Shown here piece by piece: positions 19,748 to 28,425 of a stretch of DNA of 64,000 nucleotides. Under the pieces are notes generated by a model. It made no database searches and was not told the DNA's origin. It saw nothing but the letters and a program-made list of their open reading frames with translations. Each line of letters begins with the position of its first letter. Within the stretch, counting starts at the first letter, position 1. This stretch comes from Planctomycetota bacterium. Its GTDB lineage: Bacteria; Planctomycetota; B15-G4; SIAN01. The position numbers and the translations under genes are program-made. The DNA lies in NCBI GenBank assembly GCA_016795285.1, contig JAEUIC010000029.1, positions 133,518 to 197,517 of the forward strand. Reading direction: 5' to 3'.

Positions 19748-20233
19748 TCACCCGCGCGGCTTCTCGAGCGCCCCGCTCCGCACGGCGTGGATGTAGTCGA
19801 TCAGCGGCGGCGCGATGCCGGTCGCGCGCAGTTCGGCGAGGAGCTGCGCGCGGTGGTGGGTGCCGTGCAGGGCGACGTGGTGGAGCACGTCGGCGACGAC
19901 GCTCTCGAACCGTTCGCCCTTGCTGTTGACGTAGGCGAAGGTCGAGGCGAGCGCGGCGTCCGGGGTCGCTGCTGACTGCGCGCGCCACGCGCCGCGCAAC
20001 GGCGCGAGCTCGGCGACGCACTGCTCGAGCGACCACGCCGGCCAGACCGGCAGCGGCGCCGACTCGCCGCGCAATCGCGAGAGCCACAGCCGCGACGCGC
20101 CGATCACGTGGGCGAGCAGCTTCACCGAGTGCGGCGGCGCGCGCTCCGCTGCCGCCGCGAGGTGGAGCACCACCTCGCGATTCGCCCAATCGTCGTAGTC
20201 GAACAGCCGCTCGAGCGCCGCGGGAAAGGCCAT
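19748..20233 (-). CDS. DinB/YfiT-like (DinB_2 family) metal-dependent hydrolase-like protein
   Basis: 161 aa. Conserved His residues in a helical bundle (WANREVVLHLAAA..., HHVALHGTHHRAQL) are typical of DinB_2. Confidence 0.7.
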   Translation of the reverse strand: MAFPAALERLFDYDDWANREVVLHLAAAAERAPPHSVKLLAHVIGASRLWLSRLRGESAPLPVWPAWSLEQCVAELAPLRGAWRAQSAATPDAALASTFAYVNSKGERFESVVADVLHHVALHGTHHRAQLLAELRATGIAPPLIDYIHAVRSGALEKPRG

Positions 20234-20244
20234 CGATCACTCCT

Positions 20245-20290
20245 CCGGTGGCGGGGTCGATTCTTCCGGCCTGGTGGCGGGGTCGATTCT
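20245..20290. repeat. Two tandem copies of GGTGGCGGGGTCGATTCTTCC immediately upstream of the DinB-family gene's RBS and start codon
   Basis: Read in the gene's orientation: GGAAGAATCGACCCCGCCACC-aggcc-GGAAGAATCGACCCCGCCACC-GGAGGAGtgatcgATG. Confidence 0.85.
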
Positions 20291-20333
20291 TCCGCGCCGC
20301 GCGCGCCGCCTCCGCCGCTCACCGCCCCGCCGC

Positions 20334-21107
20334 TCACCGTGCCGTCGGCTGCCCCGCCGCTGCCGCTTCGGCGACGAAGAGCGCGACGCAGCGGATCTCG
20401 TCCTCGCTGAGCGTCCCGGCGAACGCCTTCATCGTGCGCGCCTCCATCCCCTCCTCGATCAGCTCCGCGAGATCGCCGACGTCGCGCGACTCGACTTGCG
20501 GCCCCGCGCCATGCAGCCGCACGAACCCTTGGTCGAGCTTCCCCTCGCCGCGCACGCCGTGGCACGGCGCGCACGCCTGCGCGTAGAGCGCCGCCTCGGG
20601 CGCCGCGAAGAGCGCCTCGACGTCGCGAGCCGGCGCCGTTCGCGGCAGCGCGATCAGCCGCTCGCAGAACGCGGCGAGCGACTCGATCTGCGCCTCGCTC
20701 AGCGCTCCCTTGAAGGGCGGCATCGCGACCGGCGAGCTCTGCCCGGCGCCATGCCGCGTGCCCGGCGCGAACTCGCCCTTCGTCGCACCCGGCACGCGCA
20801 CGCCATGGCGCACCACGGTCGCGACCGCCTCCGGCCCGCGCCCCCAGATCCACTCGTCGTCGCCGAGGTCGGGATAGCCCGGCCGCCCGCGCCGATCGGG
20901 GCCGTGGCAGAGCAGGCACTCCGACTCGAAGATCGCGCCGCCCTGCTCGAGCGCGAAGGCGCGCAGCGTCGGGTCGCTCGCGAGCTGCTCGAAGCTCGCC
21001 GTCGCGAATCCGGGCGGCGGCGGGAAGCTGCGGCACTGCACCAGCGCGCCCAGAAGCGCCGCACCGGCCACGCTCGCGACCATCGCCCCGCCGAATCGTT
21101 GACGCAT
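20334..21107 (-). CDS. Dihaem c-type cytochrome
   Basis: Signal peptide and two CxxCH motifs (CLLCH, CAPCH). 257 aa. Confidence 0.8.
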   Translation of the reverse strand: MRQRFGGAMVASVAGAALLGALVQCRSFPPPPGFATASFEQLASDPTLRAFALEQGGAIFESECLLCHGPDRRGRPGYPDLGDDEWIWGRGPEAVATVVRHGVRVPGATKGEFAPGTRHGAGQSSPVAMPPFKGALSEAQIESLAAFCERLIALPRTAPARDVEALFAAPEAALYAQACAPCHGVRGEGKLDQGFVRLHGAGPQVESRDVGDLAELIEEGMEARTMKAFAGTLSEDEIRCVALFVAEAAAAGQPTAR

Positions 21108-21166
21108 CGCTCATCCTCCGCGACGACGCCCATGCGGGCGCGCGAAGCGCGGAGCGTAGCGCGTCG

Positions 21167-22924
21167 CTACTTCGCGCGCGCCTGCAGCCATGCGACGACG
21201 GTCGCGAGGAACTCGGGATCGACCGGCCGCGGCCGCAGGTAGTCGGCGGTGGTCGGCGGGATCGTCGTCACCTTCTTGAAGAGGTGGTCGAGCGCCGCGA
21301 ACTTCGCAAGAGTTGCATCGGGATGGCCGGCCGCCTGCAGCGTCGCCAGCAGTGGCGGCGCATCGCGCTCCGCCGAGACCTGCACGTCCTGCTCGCCCTG
21401 CGCGATCAGCACCGGGCACTTCACCTGCGCGATCGTCGCCAGCGGATCGTGGCGCGCGTGGCTTCGCAGCCAGTCGCGATCGGCGAGCGCCGGTCGGTAG
21501 TCGGCGCGCACCTGCTGCAGATCGATCGGCCCGTCGCCGGCGACGAGCTTCAGGAACTCGGCGTGCACCGCGAGTTCGTCGTCGAGCAGCTTCCCGCGCA
21601 GACCCGCCGCCTCGAGCCCGGCGCGCTTCTGCTCGCGCAAGAGCGCCATCAAGTCGCGGCCGGGAGCGGCCAGCAGCACGACGCCGCGCAGCGGCTGCTC
21701 GATGGCCAGCAGCGGCGCGATCACGCCCCCCTCGCTGTGGCCGATGACGAAGAGGCGCTCCGGGTCGACGTCGTCGCGCGCGCAGAGCAGCTCGAGCCAG
21801 CCGCGCGCGTCGTCGGCGAGGTCGCGCAGCGTCGCACCGGTCAGCGTGCCGCCGCTCGCGCCGGTGCCGCGGTCGTCGACGCGCAGCACCGCGAAGCCGG
21901 CCGCGGTGACCGCGTCGAGCAGCTCGTGCGTCCCGAGGTCGAGGCCGCCCGAGAGGCCGTCGCGATCCTGCGGCCCGGAGCCGCCGACGAAGAGCAGCGC
22001 CGGCAAGCGGCCGGTCGCGCCGAGCGGCTTGGTGACGGCGCCGGCGAGCGTGAAGCCGCCGCGCGCGAGCGTCACCTCCTCGCGCGCGAAGTCGGCGCGC
22101 GGCAGGCTCGGCGGCGCGACCGTGAAGCGCTCGAGCGGCGCGTCGGTGCGGCGGATGCGGAAGCCCTGCGCCGGGATCTCGATCTCGAAGATCGCGCCGT
22201 CTTCGCGGAGCCGCGTCACCTGGCCGAGCGAGTCGCGGACCTTGCGGCCGCGATGGACGACGCCGTCGCGCTCGACCACGTAGTCGGCGAGGCGGCGCAG
22301 CTCGAAGGCCAGCATCGCCACGCTGTCGGCGTGGAAGAGCGGCGGGCGGAGCGTCTCGCCCTCCTCCGGCCGCGCCGCCAGCACGATCAGCTCCATCAGG
22401 CCGATCCAGTTGTTGGCGAGCAGCAGCGCGTCGGGGCCGACCGGCGCGACGATCGGCTGGCTCTTCGGGCCGCTGACGAGTCGCCCCCGCGCCTGGCCGT
22501 CGGCGACGACGAACTCGAGGTCGTGGACCATGCCGCCCACTTCGGAGAGGAAGTGCGCGCGGCGCGGATGGCCGCCGTCGTCGACGATCACCTCGCCGCT
22601 CGCGCGCAGCTCCGCCTTGCCGAGCGGTCCCTGCTGCTCGATCCGCCAACCGCCGGTGAAACGGTGGAGCGGCGGCGCGACGTCTTGCAGCGGACCGGCG
22701 TAGTCCCACCACGAGTGGCCGATCGCGACGCCGCCCTGCTCGAAGAGGAATCCCGCCTGCGCGCCGGGCGCGTAGTGGTCGGCGACGCGGAACGGCGCGC
22801 TCAATGCCGCGGGAGCTGCCGCGGTTGCTGCCGGGGGCGCTGCCGCTGGCGGCGTCTCCTGCAGCGGTGCGCAGCACAGGAACGCCGCCGCGAGCCACCC
22901 ACCGCCGATCGTCGTCGCCATCGC
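21167..22924 (-). CDS. Secreted alpha/beta-hydrolase fold protein (peptidase/esterase-like)
   Basis: GHSEGG nucleophile elbow (GxSxG). Likely start at MATTIGGGWLAAAFLCC (signal). The 35-codon N-terminal extension in the ORF track covers the REP-like repeat and is rejected. Confidence 0.7.
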   Translation of the reverse strand, partial: AMATTIGGGWLAAAFLCCAPLQETPPAAAPPAATAAAPAALSAPFRVADHYAPGAQAGFLFEQGGVAIGHSWWDYAGPLQDVAPPLHRFTGGWRIEQQGPLGKAELRASGEVIVDDGGHPRRAHFLSEVGGMVHDLEFVVADGQARGRLVSGPKSQPIVAPVGPDALLLANNWIGLMELIVLAARPEEGETLRPPLFHADSVAMLAFELRRLADYVVERDGVVHRGRKVRDSLGQVTRLREDGAIFEIEIPAQGFRIRRTDAPLERFTVAPPSLPRADFAREEVTLARGGFTLAGAVTKPLGATGRLPALLFVGGSGPQDRDGLSGGLDLGTHELLDAVTAAGFAVLRVDDRGTGASGGTLTGATLRDLADDARGWLELLCARDDVDPERLFVIGHSEGGVIAPLLAIEQPLRGVVLLAAPGRDLMALLREQKRAGLEAAGLRGKLLDDELAVHAEFLKLVAGDGPIDLQQVRADYRPALADRDWLRSHARHDPLATIAQVKCPVLIAQGEQDVQVSAERDAPPLLATLQAAGHPDATLAKFAALDHLFKKVTTIPPTTADYLRPRPVDPEFLATVVAWLQARAK

Positions 22925-22977
22925 CTCGCTCCGCGCCCGAGCTGGATCGGCGGCGGATGGTAGCTCTGGCGTTTCGT

Positions 22978-23086
22978 TCCGGGAGCGTTCCGCCGCCGAC
23001 TTCCGCACCTCGCGCCGAGCGCGTCCCATCGCCGCTGGCGCAGTGTGGAAGGGTGCGGATCGCCGCGGCGGAACGCTCCCGGAACG
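22978..23086. repeat. Large palindrome formed by two inverted copies of the REP-like element (CCGGGAGCGTTCCGCCGCCGACTTCCGCACC ... GGTGCGGATCGCCGCGGCGGAACGCTCCCGG)
   Basis: Arms of about 31 bp separated by about 45 bp. Located between the hydrolase gene start and the stop of ECF-fusion gene 23097..26594. Confidence 0.8.
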
Positions 23087-23096
23087 GGGTGCCGGT

Positions 23097-26000
23097 TTAG
23101 CGGCGGCTCACGAGTTCCGTGACGGAGCCGGCGACGATCTCGGCGCTCGCCTCGCGGACGGCGCCGTCGGGCGAGGTGATGACGATTCGAATGGGGCCGG
23201 GCGGCAGCGCGGGGAGTCGCCAGCGGCCGCCCTGCACCATCAGATGCGCCCACGGCACCGCACCGTCGAGCCACGCGCCGTTCGAACCGACTCGCGGCAG
23301 CGGCGCGCCGTGCAGGTCCTCGACGACGACCTCGGCGCCGAGCTCCGGCTGGCCGTCGCCACCGAGCAGCAGCAGCGACAGCGCGCCGCACGGCGGTGGC
23401 GCGAGCGTCCGCTCGATCCGCCCTGACTCGTTCGCGCCGATCGAGAGGCGCGTCGCCGCCGGCATCGGCAGCTCGCGAGCGGTCCAGAACGTCGGCGCCA
23501 CCAGCAGCTCGAGCGCCCCTTCGGGCAGCTCGTGGACGATCAGCCGCCCCGCTTCGATCGTGTGGCGCGCCAGGTAGGGAGCGAGGCCGTCGGCGGCGAC
23601 GGTGACGCCCCACGGAGCGCGGCCAGAGGAGTCAATCGCGCTCGGCGGCGGGAGCGTCAACGCCAGCTCGCGCGTCGAGCGGCGCAGCGTGACGGTGCTC
23701 TCGCCGGGCAGCGACTCGACGAAGCTCGCATCGACCTCCTGCGGCACGAAGCCGGTCGCGTGGACCAGCACACTCCAACGACCGGGAACGAGCGCGCGCG
23801 TCGTGAAGCGGCCGTCGGCGTCGCTGGTCGTGCGGCGCGGATCACTGCTCTCGAGCGACGGCACCTGCCACCGCCGCGCCGGCGGCAGCGCGACGCTCCC
23901 GTCGGCCGCGAAGACGAGGCCTGGCCAGCCGAGCACTTCAACGCTGGCGCCTGCGATCGGCGCGCCGCTCTCGTGATCGATCACGCGACCCGTCAACGGA
24001 CCGAACGCCAGATCGAGGTCGATCGACGGCTCCTCGCCGGGCGCGAAGCTCGGCAGCTCGCCCACGGAACCGTGGACGCTCTCGTCGCTCGTCCCGTTCA
24101 CCGTCCAACGCAACGGCCGGCCGCTCGGCACCGCGAGGTCGAAGAAGCCCTCGTCATCGAGCGGCTGCGACGACCCCGCGGCGCGCACCGGCTCGACGTC
24201 GGTGAGGGCGAGGAGTCCGCCGCGCAACGGCTCGCCGTTCACGCGCAGCGAGCCGGTGAAGCGGGCGCGCTGCGACTCGGGGAGCACGTGGAATTCGAGC
24301 GTGGCGGACTCGCCTTCGCGCAGCACGATCTCGCGCGCCGAAGGGCCGGCGAGGAGCAGGTCGCTCGGGATCATCGCCTGCACGACGTACTCGCCGGGCA
24401 GCAGTCGCTCGAAGCGGTACGAATCGTCGAGGTCGGCGGTGCGACCTCCCGAGCTGCTGGTGCGCGGTTGGAAGAAAAGGGAGCGCAACGGGACGGCCTC
24501 ACCAGGGAGCGGCGCCACCACCCGCTGCTGGAACAGGAACTTCGGCCGCATCGGCGACTTCGGTGCGCCGATCAGCCGCACCTGCAAGCTCGCGCCGCGC
24601 TGCAGCGCAACCACGGGCGGACCCGACGATGCCGCGAGCGGCACGTCGAGCTGGCGTGGCGCGAACTCGGCGTGCGCCACGCGCAGCGTCGCCCACTCGC
24701 CGCGCGCCGGCAGCTCGAAGAAGCCGGCGGCGTCGCTGGTTGCGCGAGCGTCGCTCTTCGGTGCCTTCGCGGGATCGCCGTCGAGCGGATACGAGGCCGC
24801 CTGCCCCGACACGAGCAGCACGACGGCGTTCGCGATCGGCGCCCCATCACTCGCCGCGACCACGCGACCGCGCAGCACGCCGACCGCGGCGATCGCGACG
24901 TCGATCGCGAGGTCGGCCCCGCACGGCAGCTCGACGAACTTCTCGACGGCCGCGCGTCCCGACACCTCGACGCGCACGTTCAAGCGGACCGGTGCTTCGA
25001 TGCTGGAGAAGCGCCAGCTCGCCGGCTCGTCGGGGTCGCGCTCGACCGAGAGCTGCCGGCCGCCACCGACGATCCCGCGCGTCGGCGGATTGGCGAGCCA
25101 CGGCGCGAACGCCTCGACCGTCACGCTCGGCTCGACGCCGTCGGGCAGCGCGCCGCTCACGACGACCCGTCCGCGCGCCGGGCGACCGAGCGCCAGCCGA
25201 TGCGTCTCGCCGGGATCGACCGCGAAGACGCTCACCGCGAACCCCTCCCGCTCCACGCGTACGCCGATCGCGCCATGACTGCGGCCTCCCGACGCCCCTT
25301 CGTCCGTCGGGAGGCCGGTCATGCGGAACGTGCCGTCCGCTCCGCTGGTCGCCGACTGCACGGCGCCGACTTCGAGCAGCGGCAGCTCGCTCGGCAGCGG
25401 CTCGGGCAGGGCCCAGTTGGCCCAGTCGTCGCAAGCGAGCAGCGCCGCACCCGCGACCGGCACCCCCGTCTCGTCGACGACGATGCCGGCCACGGTGCCG
25501 CCGGCGCGGACGATCAGCGGCGGCAGCTCGAGACCGTCGACGACCTTCGACGGCTCGCGTGGCTCGGCGGCCAGGCGACCGGGCAGGCCCGCCAACAATT
25601 GCAGCAGCGCGTCGACATGGAGCCCGGCGAGCTCGAAGCGGCCGTCGCTGTCGCTGTGCTGATCGACGTGCCAGACCATCTGCGACGCATCGGCGCCGAC
25701 GAGCTCGAGCGCCATGATCCGCGCGCCCGGCAACGGAGCGCCGCTCTCGTCGACGACGCGGCCGCGGACGGTGGCGAGCGCGGCGGAACTCTTAGCGGCG
25801 AGCGGCGCCGCGAGAGTGGCGAGGGCGGCAGCGCTGGCGCCGTTCGGGTCGCCGCTCGCTCCAGATGCCGCCGCGTCCGCGGCCGCGGGCGCGCCGATCG
25901 CCACCGCCGGAGCGGGCTGCTCGTCGGGGCGCGTCCACCGCCACGCGCCGATCAACGCACCGCCGATCAACAGCGCCGCCGCCACCTTCGTCGCCAGCGC

Positions 26001-26594
26001 GGCGCCGCCGCTCGCGATCGGCTCGAGGCCCCACGCGAAGCTCGCCAACCACTCGCTACGGCCGCCCGGATGGAGCGCGTCGAGTTTCGCGCGCAGCTGC
26101 TCGAGGGCGCGTCGCAATCGGGTGCGCACGGTCGGCTCGGGCGCCCCTTCACCGGCGGCGATCTGCGCGACGGAGCGCTCCTCGAAGAAGCGGAGCACGA
26201 TCACGCGTCGGTAGGGCTCGTCGAGTTCGGCGACCGCGTTCGCGAGCAGCCGCAGCGTCTCCGCGCGCTCGAGCGCGTCCTCGGTGGTCTCCACCTCCGA
26301 GCGGGCGACGGCCGCCTCGCGACGAGTGCGCCGCGCCGCGCTGCGCTGCGAGCGGAACGCGAGGTTGCGGACGACCGCGGCGAGCCACGAGCGGCCGTCC
26401 CGCAGGTGCGCCGGCGGCTGCGTCAGCGCGACGGCCGCCGCCTCCTGGACGGCATCGGCGGCCGCGTCGTCGTCGCGCAGCAGCTGGCGCGCGAGCGCGT
26501 GGAGGGAGCGGCGATGCTGCTCGAAGAGAGCCGCCATCGCGCTCGCCGGATCCGCTGCGCCCATCGCATCGATCGCATCCATCGCCTGCTCCAC
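23097..26594 (-). CDS. ECF sigma factor fused to a transmembrane helix and a large extracytoplasmic domain (about 900 aa) of carboxypeptidase-regulatory-like repeats
   Basis: N-terminus has sigma-70 region 2 (DAVQEAAAV...) and region 4 HTH (YRRVIVLRFFEERSVAQIAAGEGAPEPTVRTRLRRALEQLRA). This is followed by a hydrophobic segment (AAALLIGGALIGAWRW), then repeated GRVVDxxGxPxxGA...SDxDGxFxL units. 1165 aa. Confidence 0.8.
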   Translation of the reverse strand: MEQAMDAIDAMGAADPASAMAALFEQHRRSLHALARQLLRDDDAAADAVQEAAAVALTQPPAHLRDGRSWLAAVVRNLAFRSQRSAARRTRREAAVARSEVETTEDALERAETLRLLANAVAELDEPYRRVIVLRFFEERSVAQIAAGEGAPEPTVRTRLRRALEQLRAKLDALHPGGRSEWLASFAWGLEPIASGGAALATKVAAALLIGGALIGAWRWTRPDEQPAPAVAIGAPAAADAAASGASGDPNGASAAALATLAAPLAAKSSAALATVRGRVVDESGAPLPGARIMALELVGADASQMVWHVDQHSDSDGRFELAGLHVDALLQLLAGLPGRLAAEPREPSKVVDGLELPPLIVRAGGTVAGIVVDETGVPVAGAALLACDDWANWALPEPLPSELPLLEVGAVQSATSGADGTFRMTGLPTDEGASGGRSHGAIGVRVEREGFAVSVFAVDPGETHRLALGRPARGRVVVSGALPDGVEPSVTVEAFAPWLANPPTRGIVGGGRQLSVERDPDEPASWRFSSIEAPVRLNVRVEVSGRAAVEKFVELPCGADLAIDVAIAAVGVLRGRVVAASDGAPIANAVVLLVSGQAASYPLDGDPAKAPKSDARATSDAAGFFELPARGEWATLRVAHAEFAPRQLDVPLAASSGPPVVALQRGASLQVRLIGAPKSPMRPKFLFQQRVVAPLPGEAVPLRSLFFQPRTSSSGGRTADLDDSYRFERLLPGEYVVQAMIPSDLLLAGPSAREIVLREGESATLEFHVLPESQRARFTGSLRVNGEPLRGGLLALTDVEPVRAAGSSQPLDDEGFFDLAVPSGRPLRWTVNGTSDESVHGSVGELPSFAPGEEPSIDLDLAFGPLTGRVIDHESGAPIAGASVEVLGWPGLVFAADGSVALPPARRWQVPSLESSDPRRTTSDADGRFTTRALVPGRWSVLVHATGFVPQEVDASFVESLPGESTVTLRRSTRELALTLPPPSAIDSSGRAPWGVTVAADGLAPYLARHTIEAGRLIVHELPEGALELLVAPTFWTARELPMPAATRLSIGANESGRIERTLAPPPCGALSLLLLGGDGQPELGAEVVVEDLHGAPLPRVGSNGAWLDGAVPWAHLMVQGGRWRLPALPPGPIRIVITSPDGAVREASAEIVAGSVTELVSRR

Positions 26595-26644
26595 TCCGTC
26601 CGCGGTCGCTCCGAAAGGCAGGAGCCCGCGGTCACGCGAAGTGA

Positions 26645-26700
26645 TTCACGATTCCGGCGTGTGGCGGGGGCGTGTGCGGATCGCGGCGGCGGATCACTCC
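26645..26700. repeat. REP-like element, divergent copy
   Basis: Reverse complement reads cgtttcgttccgggagtgatccgccgccgcgatccgcac. It lies directly upstream of the ECF-fusion gene start at 26594. Confidence 0.6.
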
Positions 26701-26712
26701 CGGAACGAAACG

Positions 26713-26889
26713 TCACCGCTTCGCCGGCTCCGCCGCCCAGGCGGTGGCGAACCAGACGATGGAGGCGAGCAGGAGCCAGCGCTTCACGGCCGGCAGATCG
26801 AGCGCGCCGTGGAAGTAGGCGAGCGCCGGCCAGAGGGTGGTCGCCAGCGCGAGCCAGGAGACGATCCGCAGCAGTCGTCGCAGCGTCAT
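26713..26889 (-). CDS. Small two-TM membrane protein, translationally coupled (ATGA overlap) to the upstream NCS1 transporter gene
   Basis: MTLRRLLRIVSWLALATTLWPALAYFHGALDLPAVKRWLLLASIVWFATAWAAEPAKR. Start chosen at the Met that overlaps the transporter stop codon. Confidence 0.45.
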   Translation of the reverse strand: MTLRRLLRIVSWLALATTLWPALAYFHGALDLPAVKRWLLLASIVWFATAWAAEPAKR

Positions 26890-26893
26890 CGGC

Positions 26894-28351
26894 TCAGCCC
26901 TCGCTCGACGCCATGCCGCGGTGAATCGCGGCCGCACCGCCTGGCGCGCCCGCCATCGCCCGCACGGCGTCGCCGCTCGCGCGCCGTTGCCAGACCCAAC
27001 TCAACGCCACGTAGAGCAGCAGCGCGAGGCACCAACCGGGGAGGCTCACGAAGTAGAGCTCGACGCCGCCCCACTGCACCAGCGCGGCGCACGCCGCCAA
27101 CGTCGCGATCCAGGTCGCCGCCGCCGGCACGTAGCAGGCGCTGCCGCGCACCTCCGCGAACCAGCGCTGCAACCCCAGACGCGGCAGCAGCCAGAAGTCG
27201 GCGACGATCACCGCCCCCATCGGCATCAGCACCATCCCGTAGAACGCCACGAAGCCGAGCAGCTTCATCGCCAGCGCCGGGAAGAGGCCGGCGACGGTCG
27301 CGATTGCGCCGGCGAGCAGCGTCACCTTGAAGCGCGACGCGCGCGGCACGATCGCCTGGAAGGCGAGCCCGGCGCGGTAGATGGTCGGGTTCGCGGTGGT
27401 CCAGCCGGCAACGATCACGCAGAGCAGCCCGGCGACGCCGCACGCCGCGTCGGCCATCGGGCCGGGCAGCACGTCCTCGTGGCCCGGATCGCGCGCGAGC
27501 TGCACCGCGTAGAGGATCGACGCCGAGAGCCACGCCATGAAGTGGCCGACGAACATGCCGGCGGCGCTCGCCAGCGCGTAGCGGCTCTTCTTCGCGAAGC
27601 GGAAGACCGAGAGGTCGGCCATGCCGAGGTGCATCGCGAGGTTGCAGAACCAGGCGAAGAAGCAGACGTGCCAGAAGGTGAAGCGGGTCGCGCCGGCGCG
27701 CGGCTCGCCGCCCGGCCAGATGCGCGTCGTCGCCGCCTCAGAGATGTCGCCGATCCGCGTCACGCCGAGCTCGCGCAGCCCGATGATCCCGAAGGCGAGG
27801 AAGAGCAGCACCATCCACGGCGCGGCCAGCGCGGCGAAGCGCGCCACCGCTCGGTAGCCGGCGGCGGCCACCACGGCGATCAGTGCACCGACCAGCAGCG
27901 TCGTCGCGATCCAGCCGCCGCCGCTCGGCCAGGTGTCGGTGAAGCTCGGCATCGCGATGCCGGTCCAGACGCCGGCCGCCGTCGCCGAGACGGTGATCAT
28001 CGAGCCGGCGAGGAAGCAGAACATCACGCCGTTGGCAAGGTTGTAGAGCGGCACGAGCTTGCGCCCGCAGAGCCGTTCCAAGTGGGCGTAGAGGGTGAGG
28101 CGGACGCGCGTCGCGATGGGCGCGGTGACCAGCAGCCACGAGAGGACGGCGAGCGCGTTGCCGACCACGAGGCCCCACACCAGGTCGGCCGCGCCGACGC
28201 CGGTGCGCAGGAAGAGCGGGCCGATCATCAGCTCGGTGCCGGCGACGTGCTCGCTCGCGTACTGGCCGAGGAAGCTCTTCCAGCCGAGCTGCGCGGCGGG
28301 CGGCACCGGCGTGCGCTCGAACTCGAGGTCGGTCGGCGACTCGTCGGCCAT
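26894..28351 (-). CDS. NCS1-family (nucleobase/cytosine/allantoin/hydantoin:cation symporter-1) transporter
   Basis: 12-TM-type hydrophobic profile and NCS1-like N-terminal region (MADESPTDLEFERTPVPPAAQLGWKSFLGQYASEHVAGTELMIGPLF...). The ORF-track extension to 29170 is Arg-rich with no signal and is rejected. Confidence 0.75.
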   Translation of the reverse strand: MADESPTDLEFERTPVPPAAQLGWKSFLGQYASEHVAGTELMIGPLFLRTGVGAADLVWGLVVGNALAVLSWLLVTAPIATRVRLTLYAHLERLCGRKLVPLYNLANGVMFCFLAGSMITVSATAAGVWTGIAMPSFTDTWPSGGGWIATTLLVGALIAVVAAAGYRAVARFAALAAPWMVLLFLAFGIIGLRELGVTRIGDISEAATTRIWPGGEPRAGATRFTFWHVCFFAWFCNLAMHLGMADLSVFRFAKKSRYALASAAGMFVGHFMAWLSASILYAVQLARDPGHEDVLPGPMADAACGVAGLLCVIVAGWTTANPTIYRAGLAFQAIVPRASRFKVTLLAGAIATVAGLFPALAMKLLGFVAFYGMVLMPMGAVIVADFWLLPRLGLQRWFAEVRGSACYVPAAATWIATLAACAALVQWGGVELYFVSLPGWCLALLLYVALSWVWQRRASGDAVRAMAGAPGGAAAIHRGMASSEG

Positions 28352-28425
28352 GCCACGTGCGCTCCGCGGGAGAGGTCGCGGCGCAGTGTACGCGCGTCGC
28401 GCATCGCGGAGCGAGACGGCGGCGA

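Noticed and set aside
26645-26730. GGAAC-N16 pattern in the REP-like copy upstream of sigma-fusion gene 23097..26594 as an ECF-dependent promoter
   Set aside because: In the direction of transcription of that gene the motif reads GTTCC, not GGAAC. The GGAAC-containing orientation points away from any gene, so this is kept only as a remark and not as a promoter call.
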